Positions 9,227 to 18,794 of a stretch of DNA of 32,457 nucleotides are shown here, in pieces (position 1 is the stretch's first letter; each line of letters starts with the position of its first letter). The translations under genes and the position numbers were made by a program. Origin of the DNA: an uncultured Gammaproteobacteria bacterium (lineage in GTDB: Bacteria > Patescibacteriota > Patescibacteriia > Magasanikbacterales > GWA2-37-8); contig CAYUTM010000002.1 in NCBI GenBank assembly GCA_964447755.1, forward strand, positions 8,992-41,448, given 5' to 3'. The notes beneath the pieces are model-generated. The model was given only the letters and a program-made list of their open reading frames with translations. It ran no database searches and was not told the origin of the DNA.

Positions 9227-10105
9227 ATGGATCTCTCGATTATTACTGTTACTTGGAATTCAGAAAAATTTATTGCTGAACAAATTCGCTCAGTACAAAG
9301 TGCTTGTAGGAGGATTTCCTATGAGCATTTTGTGGTTGATAATGCTTCAACGGATAAAACCTTTGAAATTATTGAACAGAATTTCCCACAGATAAAATTA
9401 ATAAAAAATAACTCAAACCATGGTTTTGCTAAAGCGAATAATTTGGCAACCAAAATTGCTTCAGGAAAATATTTTTTATTTTTGAATCCAGATATGAGGC
9501 TTGAACCAGTCAGTTTGGACCTTTTCATTTCTTGGATGGAAAAACATCTCAATGTTGGGATTGCTGGTCCTAAGTTAATTTCTACTGAAGACAAAATGAG
9601 GGTGATTCATAAACCAACAAAATTCCCAACCTTCTCTTCACTTGCTTTGTCTGCTCTAAAAATTCCCGTTATATTCCCAAGTATTTTAAACCGATACTCA
9701 TACTCTGACGAAGAATTAAAAAATGATGCAGAAGTAGATACTGTGCGTGGGTCATGTCTTTTGATGAAGAAGGAACTGTATCAAAAACTTGGTTTTGCTT
9801 TTGATGAACGATACTTCATTTGGTTTGAAGATGTGGATATTTGTCGGGAGGCCAAAAAAATGGGATACAAAGTAATGTTTGCTCCAGTAATTTCGGTTTT
9901 CGACTTTGCCGGACAAAGTTTTAAAAATATAGATTGGTTAAAACGCCAAAAGCAGTTTTTTAAAAGCGCGAGAATTTATTTACAAAAATGGGAGCCTCGT
10001 TATAAAAGTATTCTACTTTGGTTTTTACAATGGCCAGGATTATTATTGATTTCGGTTTACCAAAAAATAGGAGGAAAAAAATTTAAAAATGCTATTGAAA
10101 GATAA
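9227..10105 (+). CDS. Family 2 glycosyltransferase (rhamnosyltransferase-like)
   Basis: SIITVTWNSEKF, VVDNASTDKT, NHGFAKANN, FLNPDM and WFEDVDIC motifs. Confidence 0.8.
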   Translation: MDLSIITVTWNSEKFIAEQIRSVQSACRRISYEHFVVDNASTDKTFEIIEQNFPQIKLIKNNSNHGFAKANNLATKIASGKYFLFLNPDMRLEPVSLDLFISWMEKHLNVGIAGPKLISTEDKMRVIHKPTKFPTFSSLALSALKIPVIFPSILNRYSYSDEELKNDAEVDTVRGSCLLMKKELYQKLGFAFDERYFIWFEDVDICREAKKMGYKVMFAPVISVFDFAGQSFKNIDWLKRQKQFFKSARIYLQKWEPRYKSILLWFLQWPGLLLISVYQKIGGKKFKNAIER

Positions 10106-10108
10106 GAT

Positions 10109-11152
10109 ATGACGAAAGTAACCCTCCAATTAGTAACTTGGAACGCGGAAAAATATTTAGCAACATTTTTTTTATCTCTTAAAAATCAATCGTTTACCGA
10201 TTGGGAGCTTTTGGTTTGGGATAATGCCTCTAGTGATAGGACCGTAGAAATTATTCAAAAAAACATCAAAGAATTTTCTCAAAATATTCAGCTAGTAACT
10301 TCGGTAGAAAATAAAGGATTCGCCTATGGTCACAATCAACTATTTGAGAAATCAAATGCGGAACTAGTAGCTCTCCTAAGCTCCGATATTTATATGGAGC
10401 GTGATTGTTTGGAAAAGCTGGTAGATGTTTTAAATGTGCATAAAGATTTTGCAGTTGCAGCACCACGCTTGATGCGGTGGAATTTTAGTGTTTTAGAAAA
10501 TAGTAATTTAAATTTGAGTAACATAAAAAAAAGTTTCACCAATAAAATTGATTCTGTAGGTTTAAAAGTTTTACGGAATAGACGAGTTGTAGAGTTAGGT
10601 CAAGGAGAAGAATGGGTAGAGAAAAAAACCTCTGGATTTAGCGAGGTATTTGGTGTTTCGGGTGCGTTGGCACTATATAGGCGTTCGGCGGTTAAAAAAC
10701 AGGTAGAGTTTTTTGACCCACTGTTTCAAAGCTATCAAGAAGATGTTGATTTGGCTTTTCGTTTAAGACAGGTGGGGGATAGAGCATTAGTTGTTTTGAA
10801 TAGTGTTGCCCACCATGATCGACAAGCTGTAGGCACAAGATCTCTTGGTGATATTTCTGCTGTTTTAAACAAAAAGAAACAAAATAAAATGATCCGTTCG
10901 TTGAGTTATCGAAATCACTTAATGGTTTTGATTAAAAATGAGTATTGGCAAAATGTTGTTTTTGACTTGCCCTGGATTTTTTGGTATGAATTGAAAAAAT
11001 TTGCTTATTTCTTGCTATTTGATAGGCTTGTATTAGCGAGTCTACTATATGTATACCGAAATGCTTTTTTGTTGAAAAATAAGCGCAAAGAAATCATTTA
11101 TTCACGTCAAAAAAAATGGAAAGAAATTAGAATATGGTGGAACAAGAAGTAG
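10109..11152 (+). CDS. Family 2 glycosyltransferase with C-terminal membrane-associated tail
   Basis: LQLVTWNAEKYL, WDNASSDRT, NKGFAYGHN and YQEDVDLAFR motifs, with a hydrophobic C-terminus. Confidence 0.8.
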   Translation: MTKVTLQLVTWNAEKYLATFFLSLKNQSFTDWELLVWDNASSDRTVEIIQKNIKEFSQNIQLVTSVENKGFAYGHNQLFEKSNAELVALLSSDIYMERDCLEKLVDVLNVHKDFAVAAPRLMRWNFSVLENSNLNLSNIKKSFTNKIDSVGLKVLRNRRVVELGQGEEWVEKKTSGFSEVFGVSGALALYRRSAVKKQVEFFDPLFQSYQEDVDLAFRLRQVGDRALVVLNSVAHHDRQAVGTRSLGDISAVLNKKKQNKMIRSLSYRNHLMVLIKNEYWQNVVFDLPWIFWYELKKFAYFLLFDRLVLASLLYVYRNAFLLKNKRKEIIYSRQKKWKEIRIWWNKK

Positions 11153-12003
11153 TTAAAAAAAAAGATCTAAATATAGTTTTTCTCAATCATTTTTGTAAAG
11201 ATGATATTTTTCAGGCTATTGAATCAACATTATTTGAAATTTCTACATCAGTTTTTAGTATTCAGATAACCGTGGTTGACAATTCTTCAAACAAAGATGG
11301 AATTAAGCAAGGTTTAGAAAAATATGGTTCTCATGTTCAGTATATTGATTCAGGTGGAAATATAGGTTTTGGACAAGGCAATGCTGTGGGGTTTAAAGCA
11401 GTTCCTGCTCGGTATTATTTTGCTTTAAATCGAGATACTGTTGTTATATCCGGAAGTAAAACATTTGATCGGTTGATTGAGTTTATGGATAAAAATCCTA
11501 AAATCGGATGTGTTGGGCCGAAACTGGTTCATATGGATGGTACTTTGCAACATTCATGTTTTCGTTTCGATTTGTCTTCAATACTTATAAAACCATTAAA
11601 GCAAATTAGTTGGGATAAAAAATATAAATGGGTAAAAAAACATACTGATCGATTGATGATGAATGATTTTGATCATAATGAAACTTTGCCAGTAGATTGG
11701 GTTCTTGGAGCTGCTATGGTAGTGCGCCATGAAGTAGTTGAGATGATTGGTTGGTTTGATGAGCGTTATTTCATGTATTTAGAAGATTGTGATTGGTGTA
11801 AAACAATGTGGGAAAAAGGTTGGCCCGTATACTATGTTCACGATATTGTTATCAAGCACCGACATACTCGTGAGTCGGCCAAAATTCCTGGGCTTTTACG
11901 GGCTTTATTAAAAAATAAATTGGCGCGAATTCACTTGGTAAGCTGGTTTAAATATATGTGGAAATGGAAAGCCAGTCATCGTTTTTATGGAAAATTATCC
12001 TAA
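11134..12003 (+). CDS. Family 2 glycosyltransferase
   Basis: VVDNSSNKDG, NIGFGQGNA and YLEDCDWC motifs. It overlaps the previous gene by 19 nt. Confidence 0.75.
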   Translation: MVEQEVVKKKDLNIVFLNHFCKDDIFQAIESTLFEISTSVFSIQITVVDNSSNKDGIKQGLEKYGSHVQYIDSGGNIGFGQGNAVGFKAVPARYYFALNRDTVVISGSKTFDRLIEFMDKNPKIGCVGPKLVHMDGTLQHSCFRFDLSSILIKPLKQISWDKKYKWVKKHTDRLMMNDFDHNETLPVDWVLGAAMVVRHEVVEMIGWFDERYFMYLEDCDWCKTMWEKGWPVYYVHDIVIKHRHTRESAKIPGLLRALLKNKLARIHLVSWFKYMWKWKASHRFYGKLS

Positions 12004-13093
12004 AGTAGCTATTATTTATCTAACGTATTATCACGATCAGTCATACATTGACGATGCTCTTCAGGCACTTCAAAAAAGTTCCTACCCTAAAGAATATATT
12101 GAATTTATTATTGTCGATAACCCACATCCAGAATTGGGTTTGTCACAAACTTATATTGAACAATTTGTATTGCCGCGCTCTCAAAAGGATTTACCAAAAA
12201 TATCATATTTGCCACAAAGTGAAAACAAAGGCTTTTGTGGTGGTAATAATGTAGGGTTAGTTTGGGCAATGGAGCATGGGTTTGAGTATGCTTATTTGCA
12301 TAATCAAGATGGATTCATGGCCCCCGATTGTTTAAAAAATTTAGTTGAAGCTTTAGAAAAAGATTCCAAAATTGGATGCGCACAATCAGTGGTTATGCTA
12401 CATCCCGATACAACACTCATTAACAGTACCGGAAATTCTTATCATTATCTTGGTTTTGGTCATATTAGAAATTTTGGTAAAAAATTAACGGATCAGCCTC
12501 TCCAGGATTCTGTTGAAGAAACGGGATATGCTACTGGTGCTTCATTGATTATGCGTGTTTCACTGCTAAAGAAATTTGGATTACTAGAAGAAAGTTTTTT
12601 TGCTTATCATGAAGATGTAGAATATTCATTACGACTTAAATTGGCGGGTTATTTGGTGGTTGTGATCCATAAAGCTATTTTTTTTCATAAGTATATTTTT
12701 AATCGAAACAGCAGTAAATTTTATTACATGGAACGTAATCGATATGCCCTTATTATCATGTATTATAAATGGAAAACTATTCTACTTTTGATGCCAATGC
12801 TTATTGTGATGGAAATTGGTTTGTTGTATTTCTTTGTAAGAAATGGTTGGTTTAAAGAAAAAATGAAATTATATTTTTATTGGTTGCGTCCCAAAAATTG
12901 GCTCTTTTGGCTTTCAAAAAGAAAACAAATTCAGAGTTTCAGGGTAGTGTCTGACAAAAATTTATTGAATACTACAGTTACAGATGTGGTGTTTGGAGAA
13001 AAGGAAGATATGAACAGCCCATTACTTGTATATGTTGCAAATCCATTACTTCGATTGTATGGATTCTTAATTAAAAAGTTTATTTTTTGGTAG
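11987..13093 (+). CDS. Family 2 glycosyltransferase with C-terminal transmembrane segments
   Basis: VAIIYLTYYH, IVDNPHPE, NKGFCGGNN and YHEDVEYSLR motifs. It overlaps the previous gene by 17 nt. Confidence 0.75.
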   Translation: MENYPKVAIIYLTYYHDQSYIDDALQALQKSSYPKEYIEFIIVDNPHPELGLSQTYIEQFVLPRSQKDLPKISYLPQSENKGFCGGNNVGLVWAMEHGFEYAYLHNQDGFMAPDCLKNLVEALEKDSKIGCAQSVVMLHPDTTLINSTGNSYHYLGFGHIRNFGKKLTDQPLQDSVEETGYATGASLIMRVSLLKKFGLLEESFFAYHEDVEYSLRLKLAGYLVVVIHKAIFFHKYIFNRNSSKFYYMERNRYALIIMYYKWKTILLLMPMLIVMEIGLLYFFVRNGWFKEKMKLYFYWLRPKNWLFWLSKRKQIQSFRVVSDKNLLNTTVTDVVFGEKEDMNSPLLVYVANPLLRLYGFLIKKFIFW

Positions 13094-13102
13094 TATCATT
13101 TT

Positions 13103-14188
13103 ATGTTTAAAGTTAAAAAAGCACTCCTAACAGGTGGAGGAAGAGCGACACGTTTGCGTCCGATTACCACGACCATAAATAAACATCTCATTCCATTGGC
13201 TGGCAAACCTATGATTGTGCATGCCATTGAAAAAGTTGTTGAGGCAGGAGTGGAAGAAATTTTTATTAACACTAACCCAGGAGAAACACAAATTCAAGAC
13301 ACTGTTGGAAGCGGAGAAAAGTGGGGTGTGCGCATTACTTACTTTGAACAGACTGGAGGACCACAAGGTATTGCACATGTTGTAAAATGTGCAGAGAAAT
13401 TTATGGGTACCGATCCATTTATTTTTTATTTATCCGATAACATTATTTTGGGGAGTATAACTTCGCTTGTAGAAAATTTTGAGAAGAAAGAATTAGATTG
13501 TATGTTGGCTTTGGCCGAAGTTCCTGATCCTGAACGTTTTGGAGTGCCTCAGTTTGATGTCAATGGAAATTTGGTGGACGTGTTTGAAAAACCACGTAAC
13601 CCAACTAGTAGCTTGGCAGTGACCGGAATCTATTTATATAATGTCAATTTTTTTAAAGCATTTGATCATATACAAAAATCATCTCGCGGAGAATACGAAA
13701 TTTCTGACATTCATTCATTTTTTTTAAAAAATAACTTTAAAGTTGGGTATAAAGAAATTACTGGCTGGTGGAAAGATACAGGTAAGCCGAATGATTTATT
13801 GCTTGCAAACAAATTATTACTGGATGAGTTTAAAAAAGAAAACATTGAAAAAAATCCGGAAATAAAAAAAGAGATAGAATGGGTAGATAATATTAAATTC
13901 GGAAAAAATGTAAATTTATATAAAGATGTAGTATTACTAGCTCCGGTTATGATTGGGGATGACTGTGTTTTGGAAAATTGTACTGTAGGGCCCTACGTAA
14001 CTATTGGAAATAAAACTAAAATTTCTGAAGCGGAAATTAAGGAGTCGATTATTTTTGGTAATTGTACTATTGAAGCACCGCTAAAAATAGCGGATAGCAT
14101 TATTGGTGAAAACACAAAAATTTTTAAAAACGACGTTGATGTTTTTCATCGATTTATTCTCGGTGATTTTACGCAGTTAGAATTTTAA
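13103..14188 (+). CDS. Sugar-1-phosphate nucleotidylyltransferase, long form with C-terminal beta-helix (glucose-1-phosphate thymidylyl/uridylyltransferase-like)
   Basis: 361 aa. N-terminal GGGRATRLRPIT nucleotidyltransferase loop and a GPQGIAH motif. The C-terminal part has hexapeptide-like repeats (IGDDCVLENCTVGPYVTIGNKTKI). Confidence 0.75.
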   Translation: MFKVKKALLTGGGRATRLRPITTTINKHLIPLAGKPMIVHAIEKVVEAGVEEIFINTNPGETQIQDTVGSGEKWGVRITYFEQTGGPQGIAHVVKCAEKFMGTDPFIFYLSDNIILGSITSLVENFEKKELDCMLALAEVPDPERFGVPQFDVNGNLVDVFEKPRNPTSSLAVTGIYLYNVNFFKAFDHIQKSSRGEYEISDIHSFFLKNNFKVGYKEITGWWKDTGKPNDLLLANKLLLDEFKKENIEKNPEIKKEIEWVDNIKFGKNVNLYKDVVLLAPVMIGDDCVLENCTVGPYVTIGNKTKISEAEIKESIIFGNCTIEAPLKIADSIIGENTKIFKNDVDVFHRFILGDFTQLEF

Positions 14189-14228
14189 TAGTAATTTTAG
14201 TCTAATAAAGTTGATAATTTTTACTTAT

Positions 14229-16931
14229 ATGGAGGAAAAAATTCTTTCCAAACAATTAATGAATGAACCGTGGTATGGATTTGAAGTCGATGATGTTATG
14301 AAGCATCTGCTTACCGATAAGACAGTGGGTTTAAAAAGTGAAGAAGCGGCAAAGCGATGGGCTACTTTTGGTCCAAATATGCTGACTGCCACGAAAACCA
14401 TTTCTTGGATGGTGTTGCTTCTAAACCAGTTTAAAAATATTTTGATTTTAATATTGCTTTTTGCTAGCGTACTTTCCGGATTTCTCGGTCATGTTACTGA
14501 GGCAGTGGCTATTGCAGTTATTGTGCTTTTTGCGGTGATTCTGGGGTTTGTACAAGAGTTTAGAGCAGAGAGGGCCATGGAGGCGCTTAGTAAAATGGCT
14601 TCACCGACAGCCAACGTAATTCGTGATGGAAAAGAGATGGAAATTCCGGCGTCAGAGGTAGTGGTAGGAGATATCGTGGTTATTGTGACTGGAGATAAAA
14701 TTCCAGCTGATGCAAGGTTGATAGAAAGTATAAATTTGAAAGTTGATGAGGCATCTTTAACAGGGGAATCACTCTCTGCAGAAAAACATGATCATATTAT
14801 AAATGGAAATGAAATTCCGCTGGGCGATAGAAAAAATATGGTGTATGCGGGCACGAGTGCTACCTATGGACGTGCCAGGGCTGTGGTCACCGGTACTGGC
14901 AACGATACCGAGTTTGGAAAAATCGCGGGCATGCTTCAATCTGTAGAAAGTAGTGAAACCCCCTTGCAAAAAAACTTAGATAAGGTGGGTAAAAATTTGG
15001 CCGTTGCTGCAATGGTTATTATTTCTATAATCGTCGCTATTGGTTTATTCCGCGGCCAACCATTTTTGGAGTTATTTATTTTTGGAATCGCGCTTGCTGT
15101 GGCAGTTGTGCCGGAGGCGCTGCCAGCGGTAGTTACTATTTCTCTAGCTATAGGTGTGCAGCGCATGGTGAAACGCAATGCGCTGGTGCGTCGTTTGCCG
15201 GCTGTTGAAACATTAGGTAGTACTACAGTTATTTGTACCGATAAAACAGGTACATTAACAAAAGATGAAATGACTGTGCGTAAAGTATATTTGCCGGCAG
15301 GTAATCTGATTCTGGAAATTGGTGGTTCTGGGTATGAACCAGTTGGAAGTTTTACTTTGAATCAACAAAATTTTAACCCCAGCAAATTGCTATTAGATTT
15401 TTTGAAAGCAGGTGTGCTTTGCTCTGATGCGACTATTATTGAAAATAATGGTTCGTGGGATGTAAAAGGTGACCCCACTGAAGGGGCGTTGGTAGTATTG
15501 GGGTTAAAATCTAAAATAAACAAGGAAGTGATGGATGAAGAATCTCCTCGGGTAGCAGAAATTCCCTTTAGTTCTGAAACCAAAAGAATGACCACGATTC
15601 ATAAAGCAGTGGGAGATAAACAAGTTGCCTATAGCAAAGGAGCTGTAGAAGTAATTTTGTCTTCATGTACTAAATTTGCTACGGAAAATGGGATCGAAAA
15701 TCTTACGGATGAAATGCGGAATACTATTTTGGCTCAGGCGCATACTTTTGCCAAAGAAGCTTTGCGGGTTATTGGTATTTCTTCTAAGCCCGATGCAGTT
15801 TTGGAAAGTGTTGAAAAAGAAATGGTTTTCCTTGGTTTTGTAGGAATGATCGATCCACCACGCTTAGAAGCTAAAGAGGCAATTGAAAAATGTAAAAGCG
15901 CTGGTATTCGAGTGCTGATGATTACGGGAGACCATCCAATTACCGCTGAAGCAATCGCGAGGGAATTGGGAATTTTGCATGAAGGTAAAAAAGTTTTAAC
16001 CGGTGTAGAGATAGATAAAATTAGTGATACTGATTTTGCCAAAGAATTGGAACATGTTGATGTCTGCGCACGTGTGACTCCGGCTCACAAACTCCGTATC
16101 GTGAAAGCTTTGCAAGAACAGGGTCAGGTTGTGGCCATGACGGGTGACGGAGTGAATGACGCGCCAGCATTGAAAAAAGCAGATATCGGTATTGCAATGG
16201 GAATTACGGGAACAGATGTAAGCAAAGAAGCGGCCGCAATGACTTTGATAGATGATAATTTTACCTCGATTGTTTCCGCAATCGAAGAGGGGAGAATTAT
16301 TTTTAGCAACATCAAAAAATATTTAATGTATTTGCTTTCATCTAACATTGGAGAAATCGGTCTGATGGTTGGTTCGACAATTTTGGGCTTGCCGCTACCA
16401 CTTAGTGCTGTACAAATTCTGTATGTGAATTTGGCAACTGATGGCTTGCCGGCATTAGCGCTTGCTGTGGACCCACCGGAGAATGATATTATGAAACACC
16501 AACCACGCAAAACAAGTGCAAATATTTTTTCTCGTCCGGTTGTGATTTTGATGCTAACAGGTGGAATTTGGTCGACGTTAATAAATATATTTTTATTTAT
16601 CTGGGCTAAAAATTCTGGTCGTACCACTGCCGAAACAATGACCATGGTGTTCGTTTCGTTAGTTATGGTTCAGTTTATCAAAGCTTACAACTTCCGTTCT
16701 GATCACAAATCGGTCTTCCGTGGTTTTTTTGCCAATAAATGGTTGAACCGCGCGGTGCTTTGGGAATTACTCCTTTTGTTGTTGGTTATTTATGTACCAT
16801 TTTTACACAAACCATTTGGTACATACAGTTTGCCGGTAAAAGATTGGGTGATTATTCTACTTCTCGCCTTTAGTGTTGCGCCAGTTTTGGAATTAGCGAA
16901 GTGGATTTTGAGGAAAAAGAAATATTCTTAA
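14229..16931 (+). CDS. P-type cation-transporting ATPase (type II, Ca2+/Mg2+-ATPase-like)
   Basis: TGES, ICTDKTGTLT, MITGDHPITA, TGDGVNDAPALKKADIGIAMG and the PEALPAV TM4 motif. The start is probably ATG 14229 rather than TTG 14211. Confidence 0.9.
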   Translation: MEEKILSKQLMNEPWYGFEVDDVMKHLLTDKTVGLKSEEAAKRWATFGPNMLTATKTISWMVLLLNQFKNILILILLFASVLSGFLGHVTEAVAIAVIVLFAVILGFVQEFRAERAMEALSKMASPTANVIRDGKEMEIPASEVVVGDIVVIVTGDKIPADARLIESINLKVDEASLTGESLSAEKHDHIINGNEIPLGDRKNMVYAGTSATYGRARAVVTGTGNDTEFGKIAGMLQSVESSETPLQKNLDKVGKNLAVAAMVIISIIVAIGLFRGQPFLELFIFGIALAVAVVPEALPAVVTISLAIGVQRMVKRNALVRRLPAVETLGSTTVICTDKTGTLTKDEMTVRKVYLPAGNLILEIGGSGYEPVGSFTLNQQNFNPSKLLLDFLKAGVLCSDATIIENNGSWDVKGDPTEGALVVLGLKSKINKEVMDEESPRVAEIPFSSETKRMTTIHKAVGDKQVAYSKGAVEVILSSCTKFATENGIENLTDEMRNTILAQAHTFAKEALRVIGISSKPDAVLESVEKEMVFLGFVGMIDPPRLEAKEAIEKCKSAGIRVLMITGDHPITAEAIARELGILHEGKKVLTGVEIDKISDTDFAKELEHVDVCARVTPAHKLRIVKALQEQGQVVAMTGDGVNDAPALKKADIGIAMGITGTDVSKEAAAMTLIDDNFTSIVSAIEEGRIIFSNIKKYLMYLLSSNIGEIGLMVGSTILGLPLPLSAVQILYVNLATDGLPALALAVDPPENDIMKHQPRKTSANIFSRPVVILMLTGGIWSTLINIFLFIWAKNSGRTTAETMTMVFVSLVMVQFIKAYNFRSDHKSVFRGFFANKWLNRAVLWELLLLLLVIYVPFLHKPFGTYSLPVKDWVIILLLAFSVAPVLELAKWILRKKKYS

Positions 16932-16941
16932 AATATAAAGA

Positions 16942-16958
16942 CACTTCGATCAGAAGTG
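16942..16958. terminator. Hairpin between convergent genes (possible terminator)
   Basis: CACTTC-gatca-GAAGTG. On the minus strand it is followed by a T-rich tract (tctttatatttt). Confidence 0.35.
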
Positions 16959-16981
16959 CCGAAAAATACATGGTTGATTTT

Positions 16982-17590
16982 CTACTTTTTCCAATTATCA
17001 CAGCTAAGCTTGTTTCCTAGGAAGCAAGATTGCCTTAAAAGTTCTTGGGGATCGGCAATTTTATTGTTTCTAAACGAAACTTCGCCTAATTTTGCTTCTT
17101 TCATGAGCAAAGCCAATTCATAGCATGATCCACTGATATTGGCACTACATTGATCTTGCAAGAAGTTCTTTATTTCTTGGCATTTACTGTTATCATCAAG
17201 GCATTTCTGGTGATCTTCTAGTTGTCTAATATCCATTTGAAAATAAAAATCCGACGAACAGGATACCTTATATCCATAAGCGCACCCTAAAGTACGCAAG
17301 CTTATGCCACTCTGTTTTATTCCATTGAAGTAGATATCTTTTTTTTCTGCATGTTCGCTTAGTTTAAAGCAGTAGTAGCCAAGTTTTTTCTCAAAGCATT
17401 CTGCTGTATAAGCATATATCATCTCGCCACAATTTTGGGGCTTACGTTCGCAAGAATTGGAAAGTGCGACAAGTTTACCACCATGCTTTTTGTTGTTGTG
17501 TGAACAATATCCAATTAAAGCACAAAATATTAGTGCCAAAATTAGGAAAATTGTGCTATTTTTTCTGCCTGCTGAAAAGATCGTTTTCAT
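16982..17590 (-). CDS. Exported paired-cysteine repeat protein (Sel1/Hcp-like spacing), unknown function
   Basis: 202 aa with an AAGGAG SD 7 nt upstream and an N-terminal hydrophobic segment. It carries five Cys pairs (C-x9-C, three C-x8-C and one C-x7-C): ECFEKKLGYYC, GCAYGYKVSC, KCLDDNSKC, QCSANISGSC, SCFLGNKLSC. Confidence 0.6.
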   Translation of the reverse strand: MKTIFSAGRKNSTIFLILALIFCALIGYCSHNNKKHGGKLVALSNSCERKPQNCGEMIYAYTAECFEKKLGYYCFKLSEHAEKKDIYFNGIKQSGISLRTLGCAYGYKVSCSSDFYFQMDIRQLEDHQKCLDDNSKCQEIKNFLQDQCSANISGSCYELALLMKEAKLGEVSFRNNKIADPQELLRQSCFLGNKLSCDNWKK

Positions 17591-17696
17591 GTACCACTCC
17601 TTGCTTTTTGCAATTAAAAGCCCTAAAAACTATCATAACCTCCGTGTTTTGTAAAGAATTGCCGGGGAATGGTGGTAAAACCGCGCTGAATTAAAT

Positions 17697-17730
17697 AAAA
17701 AAACATCTCGATATAATCAAGATGTTTTTT
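17697..17730 (-). terminator. Intrinsic terminator (A-tract/T-tract flanked, bidirectional in form)
   Basis: Stem ACATCT (17702-17707) pairs with AGATGT (17719-17724). It is flanked by A6 and T7 and lies downstream of the minus-strand gene 17788-18036. Confidence 0.6.
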
Positions 17731-17732
17731 TG

Positions 17733-17770
17733 TCCCCGGAGTTTTCATGTGTGGCACCGGGAGTTCACAT
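17733..17770 (-). repeat. GC-stem hairpin element, copy A (3' UTR position)
   Basis: CCCCGG (17733-17738) pairs with CCGGGG (17756-17761) around a 17-nt loop, followed by AGTTCAC. It is 28/38 identical to copy B at 20052-20089 with one compensatory stem change. Confidence 0.5.
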
Positions 17771-17787
17771 ATTTAAGATTTTTGGGT

Positions 17788-18036
17788 CTATTTGTGCTCG
17801 GTAGTTACTGGGTTTAGTGTGTATTGAATTTGGATAGTTGCGCGGTAAGACCAATTATATCCGCTTTTATAATCTCGTTCTATTTCAATTTCAAGAACTG
17901 TAAAGGTTGGATTTTCTATACCAAATTTTCTAACCATATCTCTGATTTGTTGATTACAGTCCGTTTCATTAATGCCACAACAGGAAGTATAATAAAAATC
18001 AAATGTTTTTAAGTCTGAACCTTTTACGCCGGTCAT
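17788..18036 (-). CDS. Hypothetical small protein
   Basis: 82 aa with a strong SD (AAGGAGAAACAG-ATG). I recognised no family and no signal peptide. Confidence 0.6.
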   Translation of the reverse strand: MTGVKGSDLKTFDFYYTSCCGINETDCNQQIRDMVRKFGIENPTFTVLEIEIERDYKSGYNWSYRATIQIQYTLNPVTTEHK

Positions 18037-18228
18037 CTGTTTCTCCTTTTTTCTGTTTAATATAACAGATGGTTCTATTTTTGATTTTCAAAAGTATAAC
18101 AATCTATTATATTCCAACAAACAGTTATGTGTGGGCTTAAAAGAACTATTTCAGACTAAACAAGTTTATTGTGATTGTCAACATTAAGAAAAATTATTTA
18201 AATAACCTGTAATTTTTTTAGGATACGA

Positions 18229-18252
18229 AGGCACCTGGTGAGACAGGTGCCT
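18229..18252. other. Perfect 9-bp hairpin overlapping the stop codon of the 18251-18619 gene
   Basis: AGGCACCTG-gtgaga-CAGGTGCCT. The T-rich run is on the plus-strand side only, so a terminator role is uncertain. Confidence 0.35.
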
Positions 18253-18619
18253 ATCTTTTCTTTTGATATGAATCTTTGCAGGCTATTTGGAAGCCATGGT
18301 GACAGCCAGTATTCGGCAAGTTTGATGTGTTAAACTCAACCCCTCTACGGCTTTTTATTTTTTGGTACATTTGATCAAAATACTCGCACGCTTTTTCGAT
18401 TTTGCCCCGAAAGCAATTTCGAGCATAAAAATCTACAATCGCCGCACAATTATCATTGAGGAGGCATGTCTTAAAATTTTCATATTCCTTAGTCTGTTCT
18501 TCACTACGAAAAATTCTTTCGCGCTCTTCTTCTTGATAACAATAGCGATCAAGTTTGTACAACACAAGTATGGCTCCGATACCAATCAGCACCCGAAAAA
18601 TTTTCATGAGATTTTTCAT
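18251..18619 (-). CDS. Membrane-anchored/exported paired-cysteine protein, short paralog of the 16982-17590 product
   Basis: The internal ATG at 18619 is preceded by GAGGAGGATACC and by a TTGACA-17-TATATT promoter. N-terminal TM segment (IFRVLIGIGAILVLY). Cys pairs TCLLNDNC, NCFRGKIEKAC and GCHHGFQIAC; compare GCAYGYKVSC in the larger protein. Confidence 0.6.
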   Translation of the reverse strand: MKNLMKIFRVLIGIGAILVLYKLDRYCYQEEERERIFRSEEQTKEYENFKTCLLNDNCAAIVDFYARNCFRGKIEKACEYFDQMYQKIKSRRGVEFNTSNLPNTGCHHGFQIACKDSYQKKR

Positions 18620-18668
18620 GGTATCCTCCTCTTCTGTTTGTGTGCTTGAGCTTCGCAAAGAGTTTGGA

Positions 18669-18697
18669 AATATATAGTATTTTTGAATTTCTGTCAA
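18669..18697 (-). promoter_or_regulatory. Sigma70-like promoter candidate (TTGACA-17-TATATT on the minus strand)
   Basis: The reverse complement of 18692-18697 is TTGACA and that of 18669-18674 is TATATT, with a 17-nt spacer. It lies about 50 nt upstream of the ATG at 18619. Confidence 0.45.
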
Positions 18698-18794
18698 GAT
18701 GGATTGTTGTTTATATATATAGAGTGGAGCTTGAAGAAATTTGATTATGCCTATGTTAATTATTGAGATACATTTTAAAATATATATCGTTGAA

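Noticed and set aside
16124-16645. Antisense or alternative-frame ORFs inside well-supported genes (for example 16124-16645 -, 15734-16042 -, 1226-1501 -, 63-311 -, 4014-4352 -, 31108-31443 -).
   Set aside because: They lie entirely within genes that have clear family motifs on the other strand or frame. They have low-complexity or odd composition and no start context.
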